37,006 nucleotides of DNA from a bacterium (GCA_037446635.1 JBBIIG010000003.1:130735-167740), one strand, 5' to 3'. Positions 1 to 10,074 are shown, numbered from the stretch's first letter. Notes: generated by a model not told the origin, from the sequence alone. Numbers and translations are program-made.

Positions 1-126
1 AGATTTTGGACTGCGGAAGCCATGCTTCCGCAAAAGGCGCGAGCACGGCTCGCGCGCACGCGCAGATTTTGGACTGCGGAAGCCATGCTTCCGCAAAAGG
101 CGCGAGCACGGCTCGCGCAGTCCAAA
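1..126. repeat. Two tandem copies (64-nt period) of a REP-like branched palindromic element
   Basis: agattttggactgcggaagccatgcttccgcaaaaggcgcgagcacggctcgcgca starts at 1 and 64. Copy 2 is closed by the inverted repeat tttggactgcg (68-78)/cgcagtccaaa (116-126), with inner hairpins gcggaagc/gcttccgc and gcgcgagc/gctcgcgc. It abuts the stop codon at 128. Confidence 0.85.
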
Positions 127-127
127 G

Positions 128-2443
128 TTAGTTGCCTTCGCGCAAAAATTTTTCGTAGCGCGCGCGGTACTCAGCTTTGTAGACTGCCACCGCATTCTCA
201 TAACTCAGAGCCAGCGTGTTCGGCCGGAGCTGCCAGGTCAACTCCAGCGTTCGCGTGTCCACTGGCAATTCGAGTTGCTTCGCATCGACTCGCACAACTT
301 TTTCGTCGGCCACAGCATTCGTCACTTCCATGAAGCAAGGCAGGTGCACAATCAGCTTCTTCGGCTTCTCGACAAACTTCGCGTTGAGATTAACCGTTGC
401 GCCAGATTCATGAACGTTCATCTCAAAATTCAACTCACCAAAATTCGTCGGCGCCTTCGAAACCGCGATGCGCTTGCCGGGTTGAATCCACTCCGGCGAG
501 AGACACGAAAACAGATGCAACTCATTCCCCTCTTCGCGCACCAGCATGTTGCGCAGCAGCGTGCGATACTTGGCAGCGAACCAGCCGTGCGGCGCGAGAT
601 TCATGCCGAAGTCGCGCGTGCGCCACGGCCAGATCGAAAACTCGAAACCGGCGTGGGTGGCGCTGGTGTGCAGCAGCAGCGCATATAATTCCTCGATGAC
701 CATCTGCTGATCGCCGCGGATGACTTCGGTCTCCGTGTTCTTCATCGTCAAATAGTGATGAAGGTAGCGGCCGTGGTCGTAGGTCATGATTCCTTCCTGA
801 TATTTTGCGCGGGTGGCCGCCAGCGTTGCCGTGACCATCGGATGATGAGGCTCAAGGATTTGCTCCGGGTACACCGCCAGCATGTTGCCCCAATCGCTTC
901 CGCCTGGCCCCTCGAGTCCCGGTGGAATGTAACCGCCGGTGGCTTTGGTGATTCTCGCGAGATGCTTCATCAGAGTTTTGTGAAAGTCATCGTATTCGCT
1001 GCGGAATAATTTGGCGTCCTCTTCTTGACCGAGAGCTTCTGCGAGAATGATAGCGTTTTTCAAACCGGTCAGCGCCCAAAAATTGTGGCCGGTGACGTGG
1101 CCGGTGATGTTCTCATTATCGCCGGGCGTGGTCACGGGAATCACCTTCAGCGGATCGCTGCGGCGGGCGTCCTGCAGCCACGCGAAGGCTTTTTTCACTG
1201 ACGGATAAACTTTCTCGGCAAACTCGTGATCGCGGGTGAGGCGATAATGCTGACCGTACGCCCACAGCGTTTGTCCCCAGCCATCGTATTGGCCACCCTG
1301 CGAAAGAAAGTTGCCGTCCTCGCGCTGCCAGCGTGAAAAAAAATCGAGGCATTGGCGGGCGATATCGTGATAGCCGGAGACGTCGTACATTCGCACAAAA
1401 TAGGCGGCATCGCGCAGCCAGAACGAATCGTATTGAAACTCGTTGACCTTTTGAATGAAGTGCTCGCCAATTTTGTCGCGCGCAATCAAAACATAAACCA
1501 AACTGGCTTTGAATGTGTCAACGACTTTTTGCTCCGGCAGAGAAATGTCAATTCCCGCGGCAAAGATTTTTTCCCAAAACGCCATCGTGCTTTTGAGATA
1601 ATCGTCGAAATTGGCTGCGCGCAGTTTTTCCAAATCTGACTTGGAAATGGGAAACGGCTCGTACGGCGCTTTGAAATCGAGAGCGCGCTCTTCGCCCGGC
1701 TGCAATTTCAAAGCATATTTGACGATACCCACCGGAGTTGTCGGCAAAATCGGGATGCGCATGGCGCCGAATTCCGGCTCTTCGTTGTAGCCGGTGTTGA
1801 GCACGATGCGGCGCTCCGGCTTCGGCTCCGTTTGAAAAAGGTACATGACGAGACTGTCGCGCATGAAGAAATCGTCGGCAAACTCGTACTCCCAATTCGG
1901 ATTGAATTCCACGCCGGCTTGTTCGTACTCGCCCAAAATCTTTGGCATCGCGGGTTTCAGAAATCGATGGTCGCCGATGCCCCAGTCGGTGTTGGCATCG
2001 TTTTGAAAACGCGTGGCCACGCCGAAATACGCCACCCGCGGCTCGCCGCTTTCATTGCGAATTTGCACGCGCACAAAATTCATCAGCGGACTTTCGGGCT
2101 GGCCATCGAGGGTGGCGGCGAACATCGTGAAGTGATAACGCACACCTTCGTTTTGAAATTGATATTGAATCACTGGCAAATAGCCAGCGCGCAGCGTTTT
2201 CACTCGTTGATTCACCGGCACCAACGGGTTGCCGGTGAAAAACATCACTTCGCCGAATCCGCTGCACAGGTAACCTTCGGGCGTGATAAGCGTGCCTTCG
2301 CGGCCGTCCATCACGCCGAGGACGTCGGTGGGTTTGCTGAAATAGCAGAACGGCTCGTCGTCGCGGTCGATGGCGGGATGGAGCATTTGCGCGACTGCAG
2401 ATGTCGTGCTAGTCAAAATGAGAATTATCAGTTTCAGTTTCAT
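128..2443 (-). CDS. Secreted six-hairpin (alpha/alpha)6-barrel glycoside hydrolase-like protein, family unassigned (GH15/GH78-like fold)
   Basis: The 779-aa ORF more likely starts at MKLKLIILIL (ATG 2443), with a signal peptide ending AVA-Q. Motifs YDSFWLRDAAY and GQYDGWGQTLWA are typical of six-hairpin glycosidases. Confidence 0.65.
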   Translation of the reverse strand: MKLKLIILILTSTTSAVAQMLHPAIDRDDEPFCYFSKPTDVLGVMDGREGTLITPEGYLCSGFGEVMFFTGNPLVPVNQRVKTLRAGYLPVIQYQFQNEGVRYHFTMFAATLDGQPESPLMNFVRVQIRNESGEPRVAYFGVATRFQNDANTDWGIGDHRFLKPAMPKILGEYEQAGVEFNPNWEYEFADDFFMRDSLVMYLFQTEPKPERRIVLNTGYNEEPEFGAMRIPILPTTPVGIVKYALKLQPGEERALDFKAPYEPFPISKSDLEKLRAANFDDYLKSTMAFWEKIFAAGIDISLPEQKVVDTFKASLVYVLIARDKIGEHFIQKVNEFQYDSFWLRDAAYFVRMYDVSGYHDIARQCLDFFSRWQREDGNFLSQGGQYDGWGQTLWAYGQHYRLTRDHEFAEKVYPSVKKAFAWLQDARRSDPLKVIPVTTPGDNENITGHVTGHNFWALTGLKNAIILAEALGQEEDAKLFRSEYDDFHKTLMKHLARITKATGGYIPPGLEGPGGSDWGNMLAVYPEQILEPHHPMVTATLAATRAKYQEGIMTYDHGRYLHHYLTMKNTETEVIRGDQQMVIEELYALLLHTSATHAGFEFSIWPWRTRDFGMNLAPHGWFAAKYRTLLRNMLVREEGNELHLFSCLSPEWIQPGKRIAVSKAPTNFGELNFEMNVHESGATVNLNAKFVEKPKKLIVHLPCFMEVTNAVADEKVVRVDAKQLELPVDTRTLELTWQLRPNTLALSYENAVAVYKAEYRARYEKFLREGN

Positions 2444-2548
2444 TTGTCCATCGATCACAAAATGCAAAAATCAGAATGCAATTGCTGGATTGAAATTGCT
2501 CAGGAGCCGCGTCTCCTCATTCCAAAACTTCAGGCCGTGTGAAACGCC

Positions 2549-2577
2549 CTCGTTCCCACGCAGAGCGTGGGAACGAG
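2549..2577. repeat. REP-like hairpin
   Basis: ctcgttcccacgc-aga-gcgtgggaacgag, a perfect 13-bp stem just downstream of the PIG-L gene stop. Confidence 0.85.
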
Positions 2578-2593
2578 AAAAAGGAGAGGAAAC

Positions 2594-3958
2594 TCACTGC
2601 GGCAGCGTCCATTCTTTTACCGTTACTTTCACGACAACCGAACCTATTATTTTGCCGGCAACCCGCGCTTGCCAAATCACCTCGCCAGTGCTTTCAACTT
2701 CCTCAGACGCAAAGAAAAATGTTTGGACCGGATAAACTTCTCCGGGAGCGAGACGATAGCGCGCCGAGCCGGATGATTCCTTCCAACCAGGGGGAGCTGT
2801 GGAAGTGAGATCGATCATCACGGTGTCCGGCGTGGCGTTGCGCAGCAGCAGCGGAATGTGCACGTAGCTGCCAGCGGCGACTTCCATCTCCGGCGCAACC
2901 AGTGGGCCGAGGTGTTCGATGTTATGCGCGCGCCAGAAATCGCGGTAGAAAGCAAATGCGCCGCCGAGCGACAATGTCACGCCCTGCGCGGCCGGCGGCC
3001 GGAAAGCGATTGCGCCAATGTGCGGAACCGGCTCGTCATGGATGCCATCGAAAACATCGCCTGTCGGCTGGCAGGGGACGACGGATTTCCCAAAGATGAG
3101 TTTGAAATGGGCGAGCCACGATTTCAGACCTTCGTAGTCGCCGCTTTTAATCGCTTTAGCGGCCTCGCCAGTGTTGGCGCCTTGCGTGAGGTAATAGGTG
3201 TGCAGCGGAGCGGCCAACTGATAATAGGGCACATTGCGACTGGAAGAAATTTCCGAAATGTCGAACGGCGGTCCCGGCGCGGCGATGGGATGCGAGGCGT
3301 CGGAGAAGTAGTAAATCTTTTTCGGCTGCCACGGCCGCAGACCTTCGGTGAAATTGTTGATATCGTACGCTTCGCGCGGCGCGGCGACCTGCGCCGGAAA
3401 AACCGTCGGGTCGCCAGCGAGATCGAAGGCTTCGGTGGCGATGACGCCGGCCGCTTGATGGTCGCCGTGGTTCTCACCCGCGACGTAATGAGGCAGCCAC
3501 GTCAAAATCACTTCCGGGCGCGTGAGGCGCACCAGCCGCACCACCTGTTCGAGCACTTCGCCGTGTCCCCAATTCTGCAGCGAGTGCAGCACGTCTTGTC
3601 CCGGCGTATCTTCGCCATCGACGAACCAGACGTTGTGAATGCCCAACTCGGCCACCGCGCGCCGGCTTTCTATTTCCCGCATCGCGGCCATCGCTTGCGA
3701 CTGCTCGACACCGTAAGAATTGCCTCCGCCGCTGCCTTTGGTGCAATAAACGATCGCCACGCGTTTCTGCAAATCAAAAATCGCTTTGGCGAGATAACTG
3801 CCGATGGCGGTTTCATCATCGGGATGGGCGACGATGAGCAGGATGTCGGCTTTGTAGCGATCATCCGGTTTTGGAAATGGCGGCGCAAGCAGCAACGACT
3901 GCCCATGCACGTTTTCCAGTATCGCCAAAGTTAGAAAAATGAGTAGAGCTTTTTTCAT
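2594..3958 (-). CDS. Secreted PIG-L/LmbE-family deacetylase with C-terminal Ig-like (NEW3-like) domain
   Basis: Metal-binding motifs AHPDDE and HGDHQA. Signal peptide MKKALLIFLTLAILENVHG from ATG 3958. The C-terminal beta-rich segment contains PPGW and RLAPGE. Confidence 0.85.
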   Translation of the reverse strand: MKKALLIFLTLAILENVHGQSLLLAPPFPKPDDRYKADILLIVAHPDDETAIGSYLAKAIFDLQKRVAIVYCTKGSGGGNSYGVEQSQAMAAMREIESRRAVAELGIHNVWFVDGEDTPGQDVLHSLQNWGHGEVLEQVVRLVRLTRPEVILTWLPHYVAGENHGDHQAAGVIATEAFDLAGDPTVFPAQVAAPREAYDINNFTEGLRPWQPKKIYYFSDASHPIAAPGPPFDISEISSSRNVPYYQLAAPLHTYYLTQGANTGEAAKAIKSGDYEGLKSWLAHFKLIFGKSVVPCQPTGDVFDGIHDEPVPHIGAIAFRPPAAQGVTLSLGGAFAFYRDFWRAHNIEHLGPLVAPEMEVAAGSYVHIPLLLRNATPDTVMIDLTSTAPPGWKESSGSARYRLAPGEVYPVQTFFFASEEVESTGEVIWQARVAGKIIGSVVVKVTVKEWTLPQ

Positions 3959-3975
3959 ATCAAGATCCAATCTTC

Positions 3976-4136
3976 TGGATTGAGGGATTGCGGGATTAAT
4001 GGATCAATGGATCGATGGATCGATGGATCAATGGATTAATGGATTGATGAATTAGTGAAAGAAGCTTTTCCATTGATCCATTAAATCCAATGATCCATCA
4101 CTCCACCACTCCATTACTCCACCACTCCATTACTCC
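3976..4136. repeat. Bipartite octamer-repeat element with inverted arms
   Basis: The left arm has about 10 units like tggatcaa/tggatcga/tggattaa. The right arm has about 8 units like tccattga/tccattac/tccaccac. A short spacer separates them. Confidence 0.85.
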
Positions 4137-4195
4137 TCTTGCGGTTATCAATATGAGCCAACCGTCCCACCTTAACATAATTCAAGCCTAACAGA

Positions 4196-5494
4196 CTACA
4201 CGTTGAGTTGCGGCCGGCGCACCACTACTTTCGCATCGAGCTTGCGCGGCTCTTCCACGCGTTTCCACAGCCAGATGGCGGAGGCCAGCGCGAACAGTCC
4301 CGCCATCATAAAAATCAAATTGTAACCCAGGCGATCCGCCAGCCAGCCGACGAGAATCGCGAACAGCAAAAATGGCGACGAGATCATGTTCGCGAGCGAA
4401 ACATAAATGGGGCGATCGCGCTCGCGACACAATTCCGAAATGATCGTCAACCGCGAGACGTGCTTGAGCGCCGTCACCAGCGAAAAGCAAACAAACGCTA
4501 AATAATACAGCCCCACCGAAGGCGCCGCAATGGCGATAATGCCGGCTAATACGGTGAAGACGGCGGCCAACACCAGATTTAATTTATGGCCATAGCGATC
4601 GGCCATCAATCCGAAAAATAGGTTGCCGACAATCGAACTGATCATAATCGTCACCGTGAACTGGCCAACGTAGCCGTCTGACAACGAGAAGCGCTCCAAA
4701 GCGTTCACCGTGTAAAAGGCGTCGCCAATCATGGCCAGCATCATCAGGGCGTCGGCGACCAGGTAATTGCGAAAGTTGTGATCGCCCTTCAAAATTTCAA
4801 GCAAGTGCGACAGGTAATCCTTCTGGCTCAGCAAGCTGGTGGCGTGGCTCGGCTCCTCTTCCTTCAAAATCACCAAAAAAATGTATGAAGCCATAAACGC
4901 AATGAAGGCCAGCAGAAACAGCAGCGCGAAGTTATTCGGAAACGGCACGGCGTCTAAAATCAACTTCACCAGAAACCCGCCGCAGACGCCGAGAATCGCG
5001 CCAAACAACGCGCGCAGAGCGAACAGCCGCCCCCGCAATGTCACCGGCGTCAATTTCGAAATTATGTCGAACCACGACGGCACCGTGATGCTGCCGCCAA
5101 ACGCCGCCAACGCGAAAATGAAAAAAAACAACGGCAGCGCCACGTTGCTGGACACGCTTACGATCGCAAAAGTCAACAAAGCCATCATCAGCCACGGCAG
5201 CCGCTGCAGCAGCGCGGTGATCAAAAAAATCTTTTTTTTGAACGGATAGCGCTGCACAAAATGGGCGACGAAAATCTGCGGAAAATTGGTGACGATATTC
5301 CAAATCACCACAATTAAAGCGATGGCCACGCTGCTGCCGCCGATGCGTTTCACGAACACCGGCAGCACCGTTGTCAGCGAAACCAGACTCAGCCCAAACG
5401 CGAATAGCGCGCCGTCCCAGATGTTGGCCTGGAAATTATGCTTAACTGTGCGGTTGTTGGCGTCGCGCGATCCCTTTAATAACCACTCAACCAC
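4196..5494 (-). CDS. MFS transporter
   Basis: 432 aa with about 12 hydrophobic segments and motif-A-like GLMADRYGHK and GWLADRLG. The start (GTG overlapping the upstream stop) is uncertain. Confidence 0.85.
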   Translation of the reverse strand: MVEWLLKGSRDANNRTVKHNFQANIWDGALFAFGLSLVSLTTVLPVFVKRIGGSSVAIALIVVIWNIVTNFPQIFVAHFVQRYPFKKKIFLITALLQRLPWLMMALLTFAIVSVSSNVALPLFFFIFALAAFGGSITVPSWFDIISKLTPVTLRGRLFALRALFGAILGVCGGFLVKLILDAVPFPNNFALLFLLAFIAFMASYIFLVILKEEEPSHATSLLSQKDYLSHLLEILKGDHNFRNYLVADALMMLAMIGDAFYTVNALERFSLSDGYVGQFTVTIMISSIVGNLFFGLMADRYGHKLNLVLAAVFTVLAGIIAIAAPSVGLYYLAFVCFSLVTALKHVSRLTIISELCRERDRPIYVSLANMISSPFLLFAILVGWLADRLGYNLIFMMAGLFALASAIWLWKRVEEPRKLDAKVVVRRPQLNV

Positions 5495-7628
5495 GAAATA
5501 CCTTCACCTCTTTGGGCGCGAGTTTCACCACTGCCGCGCTGCCTCGTTCGCGCCGCTTGAGCGAGAGGCGTTCGCCGATAAATTGCTCGTCGAGATTTTT
5601 GATGTCTGTGACCGGCAAATAAATTTCTGCTGCAATTTCTTGCGGTTCGAGATTCTGGAAAATGATCATGGTTTGATTTTGCGGCGCCGTCAAAATATCA
5701 ACGCGCACGTGCTCGTTTCCCGTTACGCGCGGCCGCTCGATGGCCGCGGCCCAGTCCACCAAACCGGCAATAAGATCGCCGTTGCCGTCGTAGCCGTGGC
5801 GGAAAAATCCCAGTGCAAGATAAGTTCCAACGAGAATCGCTTTGCCCTTGCCGTATTCGGCGCAGGTGATGGCCGGCTCGCCGCTGTCCCAGTGAGCCAG
5901 CGTTTCCGCGCCGTCGAGGAAAAACGTCTCTTTCACCATCGTTCCAAAAACTTGCGTGCCCTTTTTCATAAACGCCAAGTCACGATCGAGTTGAATCGTC
6001 GCCGGCTCGTGATGGTTGACCGGCGCAACCACGGCCTGCCGCGCTTTAAAAACTTTGTGCAATCCGTAACCCGGCACGGTGGTTTGATGATGTCCATTTT
6101 CAAAATGCCAACCGGCAAAATAACTCTCACCCATGAGCACGCCGCCGGCTTTCACCCAGGCTTCCAGCGTCGCGCAAATTTTTTCGCTCAAACAATAAGG
6201 AAACGGAATGACGATAACTTTGTACTGCTGCAGCAACCTGGCGTCAGCGAATTCGCGGGGATGGATGAAATCAATTTTGAAATTTTGGCGATAGAGCGCC
6301 CGATGCGTCCCCAAAAGCGAGTCCGTAGCAGAGTTTTCTTGACCGGTCGCCGCCCACGCGAAAATCTGATTTTCCGGCGAATAGAGCAGCGCGACTTCCG
6401 CTCTCGCCGGCGCCGCGTCGAGCAGAAACGCTGCGTTCTTCAGCAAAACTTTTCCAACTTCGGAAAACGATTTTAGCCACGGCGTTTCGCTGCCGTCGAG
6501 ATGGGTGAGTCCCCACGTCGGCGCTTCGCGTCCCAAAATCTCCGGGCGATATTGCCAAAAAATGAAGCCCTTTTGATTGGCGGCGACTCCGGTAAAAACA
6601 AAACGTTTAATATCATTCATTGCGATCGGCTTCGGCAAATCGAGCGTGCAGCCCGGCAGCATCAGCATTTCCGCGGAGATGATCGGCTTACCTTTGGCGC
6701 AGGAGCGCAGCACGTCGGACATCATGGCATCGTCCATCTGGGTGAAACCGTGCAGGTCGCCGTACTGCCCGACGTTCCACGGATCGTTGGCAGTGGAGAT
6801 GACCGGGAATCCCTGAATAAACACGTGATGGCACATCAGCGGATGCTGGCCTCTATCTTCCGACTTTGCCACCTCGAATCGCCGCCGCACATTTTCTCCC
6901 AGCGTGTAAACAAAAAACATGCGCCAGTCGATCACGTCGTTGAAGGTGTTGCGCGTTTTGGGAACTTCGACTTCATCGAACGATTTGTAATTGCGATTCC
7001 ACGATTGATTGAGCCGGTCGATGCTTTCATATTTTTGCGCCAACCAAGTTTTAAACGCGGCCTGGCAGTGATCGCAGTAGCACAACATGTCGCCCATTTT
7101 GCTGAGATCGTTGGCGTAAAGCCGCATCTCTGCCATGCTGCTGGTGAGCTCCGGCTCGCTGCCGACGTTCCAGATTTCCAGCGCCGGGTGATTTTTGTAA
7201 CGTTTAATTGTCTCCGCGAGAAAACGGAACATGTGCGCGATGGCTTCGCGGTGATTGAAACACAAACCGAGTCCGCCAATTTGCCGGTGCGGCTGCGTTT
7301 GCGGACCGATGCGCCGGCCATCGAGGGTGAGCATCGCGGCGTCGGGATACTTTTGATAAATCCACGCTGGCGCCACGTCGAAGATGGTGTTGAGCATCAC
7401 GCGCAGTTTATTTTGATGCGCAACGTCCATCAGGCGATCGATGTCGTCAAAATAGAATTCATTTTCTGCGGGATGATTCCAGCGCCACTGCACCCAAAAT
7501 TTCACGGTGTTGAAACCAAACTTCGCAAAATTCTGGAGGTCGCGTTCCCAGTCGTCTGGGTGCGGCGACGGCGCGCGGTAGTATTGCGAGCCAAAGGGGA
7601 GGTATTCGGAGGTTAAGAGTTTGCGCAT
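5487..7628 (-). CDS. GH42-like glycosidase (clan GH-A) with trimerisation domain, cytoplasmic
   Basis: N-terminal GSQYYR..W..D......GFNTVK, Zn-cluster CYCDHC, W+.++Y.SID.LN..W, putative acid/base WNVGSEP, putative nucleophile ISAEM, and a GATase-like C-domain (EVALLYS, YGKGKA). No signal peptide. Confidence 0.8.
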   Translation of the reverse strand: MRKLLTSEYLPFGSQYYRAPSPHPDDWERDLQNFAKFGFNTVKFWVQWRWNHPAENEFYFDDIDRLMDVAHQNKLRVMLNTIFDVAPAWIYQKYPDAAMLTLDGRRIGPQTQPHRQIGGLGLCFNHREAIAHMFRFLAETIKRYKNHPALEIWNVGSEPELTSSMAEMRLYANDLSKMGDMLCYCDHCQAAFKTWLAQKYESIDRLNQSWNRNYKSFDEVEVPKTRNTFNDVIDWRMFFVYTLGENVRRRFEVAKSEDRGQHPLMCHHVFIQGFPVISTANDPWNVGQYGDLHGFTQMDDAMMSDVLRSCAKGKPIISAEMLMLPGCTLDLPKPIAMNDIKRFVFTGVAANQKGFIFWQYRPEILGREAPTWGLTHLDGSETPWLKSFSEVGKVLLKNAAFLLDAAPARAEVALLYSPENQIFAWAATGQENSATDSLLGTHRALYRQNFKIDFIHPREFADARLLQQYKVIVIPFPYCLSEKICATLEAWVKAGGVLMGESYFAGWHFENGHHQTTVPGYGLHKVFKARQAVVAPVNHHEPATIQLDRDLAFMKKGTQVFGTMVKETFFLDGAETLAHWDSGEPAITCAEYGKGKAILVGTYLALGFFRHGYDGNGDLIAGLVDWAAAIERPRVTGNEHVRVDILTAPQNQTMIIFQNLEPQEIAAEIYLPVTDIKNLDEQFIGERLSLKRRERGSAAVVKLAPKEVKVFRG

Positions 7629-7652
7629 AAAATCTTGTCTCTCTAAAAATTA

Positions 7653-7785
7653 TCATTCCGAACCAGACGCTCTTCGTCTGGTGAGAAATCTGGCGTCACA
7701 GGTCATTCTGCCTCAATCAGTCGCGCGAATTCTCTGGAACTATTTTCCCTCAAATTCCTCGACTCGCTTCGCTCGTTCGGAATGA
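7653..7785. repeat. GTCATT...AATGAC-type miniature inverted-repeat element
   Basis: Terminal inverted repeat tcattccgaac/gttcggaatga (11 bp perfect), inner hairpin accagacg/cgtctggt, followed by gagaaatct. The layout matches the element at 15631-15727. Confidence 0.8.
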
Positions 7786-7815
7786 CCCATCGCAGTGACA
7801 CGCGTCATAACGCCA

Positions 7816-8742
7816 CTAAACCACAAACTGGGACAAATGCTTCAATCCCAATTGCAATCCGGTTTTGATTTTTTCTTCGGAGCCTTCCCAAACCGGATCT
7901 TCGTGTTCGATAGACAGCACGTAATCGTATCCAACTTCCTGCAATGTCGAGATAAATTTTCGCCAGTCGATTTCACCCAACCCGGGCATGCGATAGCGCC
8001 ACCAACCGGACTTCCACGGGGTGGGATTCAAACGCTGCGAGAGAATACCATAACGATACTGGCCTTCTTTGAGAATCTCCGCGTCTTTGGCGTGGGCGTG
8101 AAAAATTTTGCGGCCGTACTCTTTCACGCAGCGCAAATAATCGATGCCCAGCCAATACAAATGCGAGGGATCGAGATTCAACCCGAAGTTATCCGCCGGC
8201 ACCTCGTTGAACAGCGCGTCCCAAAGTTCTGGCGAGTAAGCGTAATTTCCCGGCAAGCCGAACCGCTGCCAGTTGTCCATCGGGCAATTTTCGATCATCA
8301 ATTTCACGCCGCGGTCAGCAGCAAACTTTGTCAATTCGCGAAATACTTTGCCAATCTCACGCATGTTTTCGTTCGGCGATTGGTCGGGCCGCGCACCCAC
8401 GAAGGTGCCCACTAAATTCACGTCCAGCAGCGCCGCCGTTTCGATCACTTTTTTGAGATGGGCGTGATGCGCGCCGCGTTTTTTCATATCCGCGTCAAGG
8501 TTGTTGTCGTAATACGCCAGCGCCGAAATCTGCATTTTATGTTCAGCAAAAAGATCTTTCACCCGCCGGGCGTCGTCTTTAGAAAACTTCGCGGCGTCGA
8601 TTTGGCGCGCCTGGTAGTCGCGGGTGGAGTCGACCGGCCACGCCGCCAGTTCGAGCGCTTGAAACCCCTGCTGCGCGGACCACTTCACCAGTTCGGCTAA
8701 TTCCACTTTCGGCAAGCAAGCGGTTAGAAAACCCAGTTTCAT
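7816..8742 (-). CDS. Sugar phosphate isomerase/epimerase family protein (AP endonuclease 2 TIM barrel; IolE/YcjR-like superfamily)
   Basis: Metal-ligand motifs LMIENC, NLDPSHL, FHAHAKD, PGLGEIDW and LSIEHED. Start MKLGFLT at 8742 behind a GAGG SD. Confidence 0.88.
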   Translation of the reverse strand: MKLGFLTACLPKVELAELVKWSAQQGFQALELAAWPVDSTRDYQARQIDAAKFSKDDARRVKDLFAEHKMQISALAYYDNNLDADMKKRGAHHAHLKKVIETAALLDVNLVGTFVGARPDQSPNENMREIGKVFRELTKFAADRGVKLMIENCPMDNWQRFGLPGNYAYSPELWDALFNEVPADNFGLNLDPSHLYWLGIDYLRCVKEYGRKIFHAHAKDAEILKEGQYRYGILSQRLNPTPWKSGWWRYRMPGLGEIDWRKFISTLQEVGYDYVLSIEHEDPVWEGSEEKIKTGLQLGLKHLSQFVV

Positions 8743-8768
8743 ATTCAACCTCACAATTTTTTTCTATT

Positions 8769-8796
8769 GTAGGGGCAATTCATGAATTGCCCCTAC
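8769..8796. repeat. GTAG-family REP palindrome
   Basis: gtaggggcaattcatgaattgcccctac is a perfect 28-nt palindrome. It overlaps the stop codon of the upstream oxidoreductase. Confidence 0.9.
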
Positions 8797-9950
8797 GCGA
8801 CCTCCATCCAGCGCTGCTCGCGATGGCTGCGTAAAATCGCTTCGACGATCAAATTTTCCCAGTGGCCGTCGGCAAAGGTTGGGAAATCCGCAGGGTCGCG
8901 GCGAGGGTCTTTGCCGGCGCGAATAAAATTATAGACCTCCATGAACAAATTTTTCGGGCCGTCGGGATAGCCCTCCGGATGGCCGCCGGGATAATGGGCG
9001 AAGCGCCGCGCTCCCTCCTCCAGCAACGACGGGTCTTTCATGAGAACCTCGTTGGGCTGATCGCGGCGCCCCAGCCAAAGTTGATTGGGTTCTTCCTGAT
9101 CCCAGGCCAGCGCTTTTTTGCTGCCATCAATTTCGAACCACAAACGATTCTTTCGCCCAGCGCTGACTTGTGATACCGTGAACACGCCCGGCGAGCCGTT
9201 ATCAAACTTTAGCAAAACCGTTCCGGTGTCTTCAGTTTGAATTGGCATCTCTTCCACGGCAGCCGCTGGCGTTTCTTTGCCTTTGAAGGTCTCGACTTGC
9301 GTCAGAGGCTTCTTCCGAGTTTTATGAACGGTTTGTAGATTAGCAAAAACTTGCTGAATTTTGAGCCCGGTGATAAACTGCACCAAATCACACCAATGGG
9401 AGCCGATGTCCGCCACCGCGCGCGACTCACCGGAAAGGTTGGTCTCCAATCGCCAGTTGTAATCGCTGGCGTAAAACAGCCAGTCCTGAATGTAGTGCCC
9501 GTGCACCAGATACACCTCCCCAACTTCGCCTTTTTGCCTCATCGCGCGGGCGTGTTGAATCAGCGGATAAAAACGGTAATTGAAATTGACGGCGTTGACC
9601 ACGCCCTTTTCTTGGGCGAGCTTCACCAGCTCCAGAGATTCCTTCGCAGTCATCGTCAGCGGCTTTTCGGAAACCACGTGTTTGCCGGCGAGAACGGCGG
9701 CTTTGTTGATTTCAAAATGGAGGTAATTGGGCGTGCAGTTGTGAATAACTTCGACGTTTTTATTTGCGATAACCTCCCGCCAGTCGCTGTAGAATTTTGG
9801 GATACCGTACTGCACGGCTAAATTCTGCGCTTTCTCCACCGAACGCGACGCCAACGCCATCACCTCCACGCCGCCGAGACGGCGCAGCGCTTCAAGGTGG
9901 GCCGGCCCGATAAACCCCGTACCAATTACCGCGGCTTTAATGGATTTCAT
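8793..9950 (-). CDS. Gfo/Idh/MocA-family NAD(P)-dependent oxidoreductase
   Basis: Rossmann motif VIGTGFIG, CTPN..H, GKHVVSEKP, and catalytic DIGSHWCD. Confidence 0.93.
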   Translation of the reverse strand: MKSIKAAVIGTGFIGPAHLEALRRLGGVEVMALASRSVEKAQNLAVQYGIPKFYSDWREVIANKNVEVIHNCTPNYLHFEINKAAVLAGKHVVSEKPLTMTAKESLELVKLAQEKGVVNAVNFNYRFYPLIQHARAMRQKGEVGEVYLVHGHYIQDWLFYASDYNWRLETNLSGESRAVADIGSHWCDLVQFITGLKIQQVFANLQTVHKTRKKPLTQVETFKGKETPAAAVEEMPIQTEDTGTVLLKFDNGSPGVFTVSQVSAGRKNRLWFEIDGSKKALAWDQEEPNQLWLGRRDQPNEVLMKDPSLLEEGARRFAHYPGGHPEGYPDGPKNLFMEVYNFIRAGKDPRRDPADFPTFADGHWENLIVEAILRSHREQRWMEVA

Positions 9951-10074
9951 ATTTCAACTCAACTCTTTCGTTCAGTTTAATTTCTACAAAATAAAATTTG
10001 AATTCAGCTTGCCCACGCAGGAAACAATTTCATTCATTCCGAGTTTTTGCACGAGCTTTCATTTCTTCAAAAGG

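Noticed and set aside
68..126. tRNA or structured ncRNA (branched fold)
   Set aside because: It has no T-loop/D-loop consensus or CCA end. It is tandemly duplicated and near-perfectly palindromic, as expected for a REP-like DNA element.
22..333. 103-aa plus-strand ORF with repeated MLPQKARARLA
   Set aside because: It is a translation of the tandem palindromic element plus the antisense strand of the hydrolase gene end.
3976..4136. CRISPR array (also considered for 1-126, 13917-14066 and 33411-33506)
   Set aside because: The units are contiguous 8-mers or two adjacent copies, without unique spacers of regular length, and no cas genes are present.
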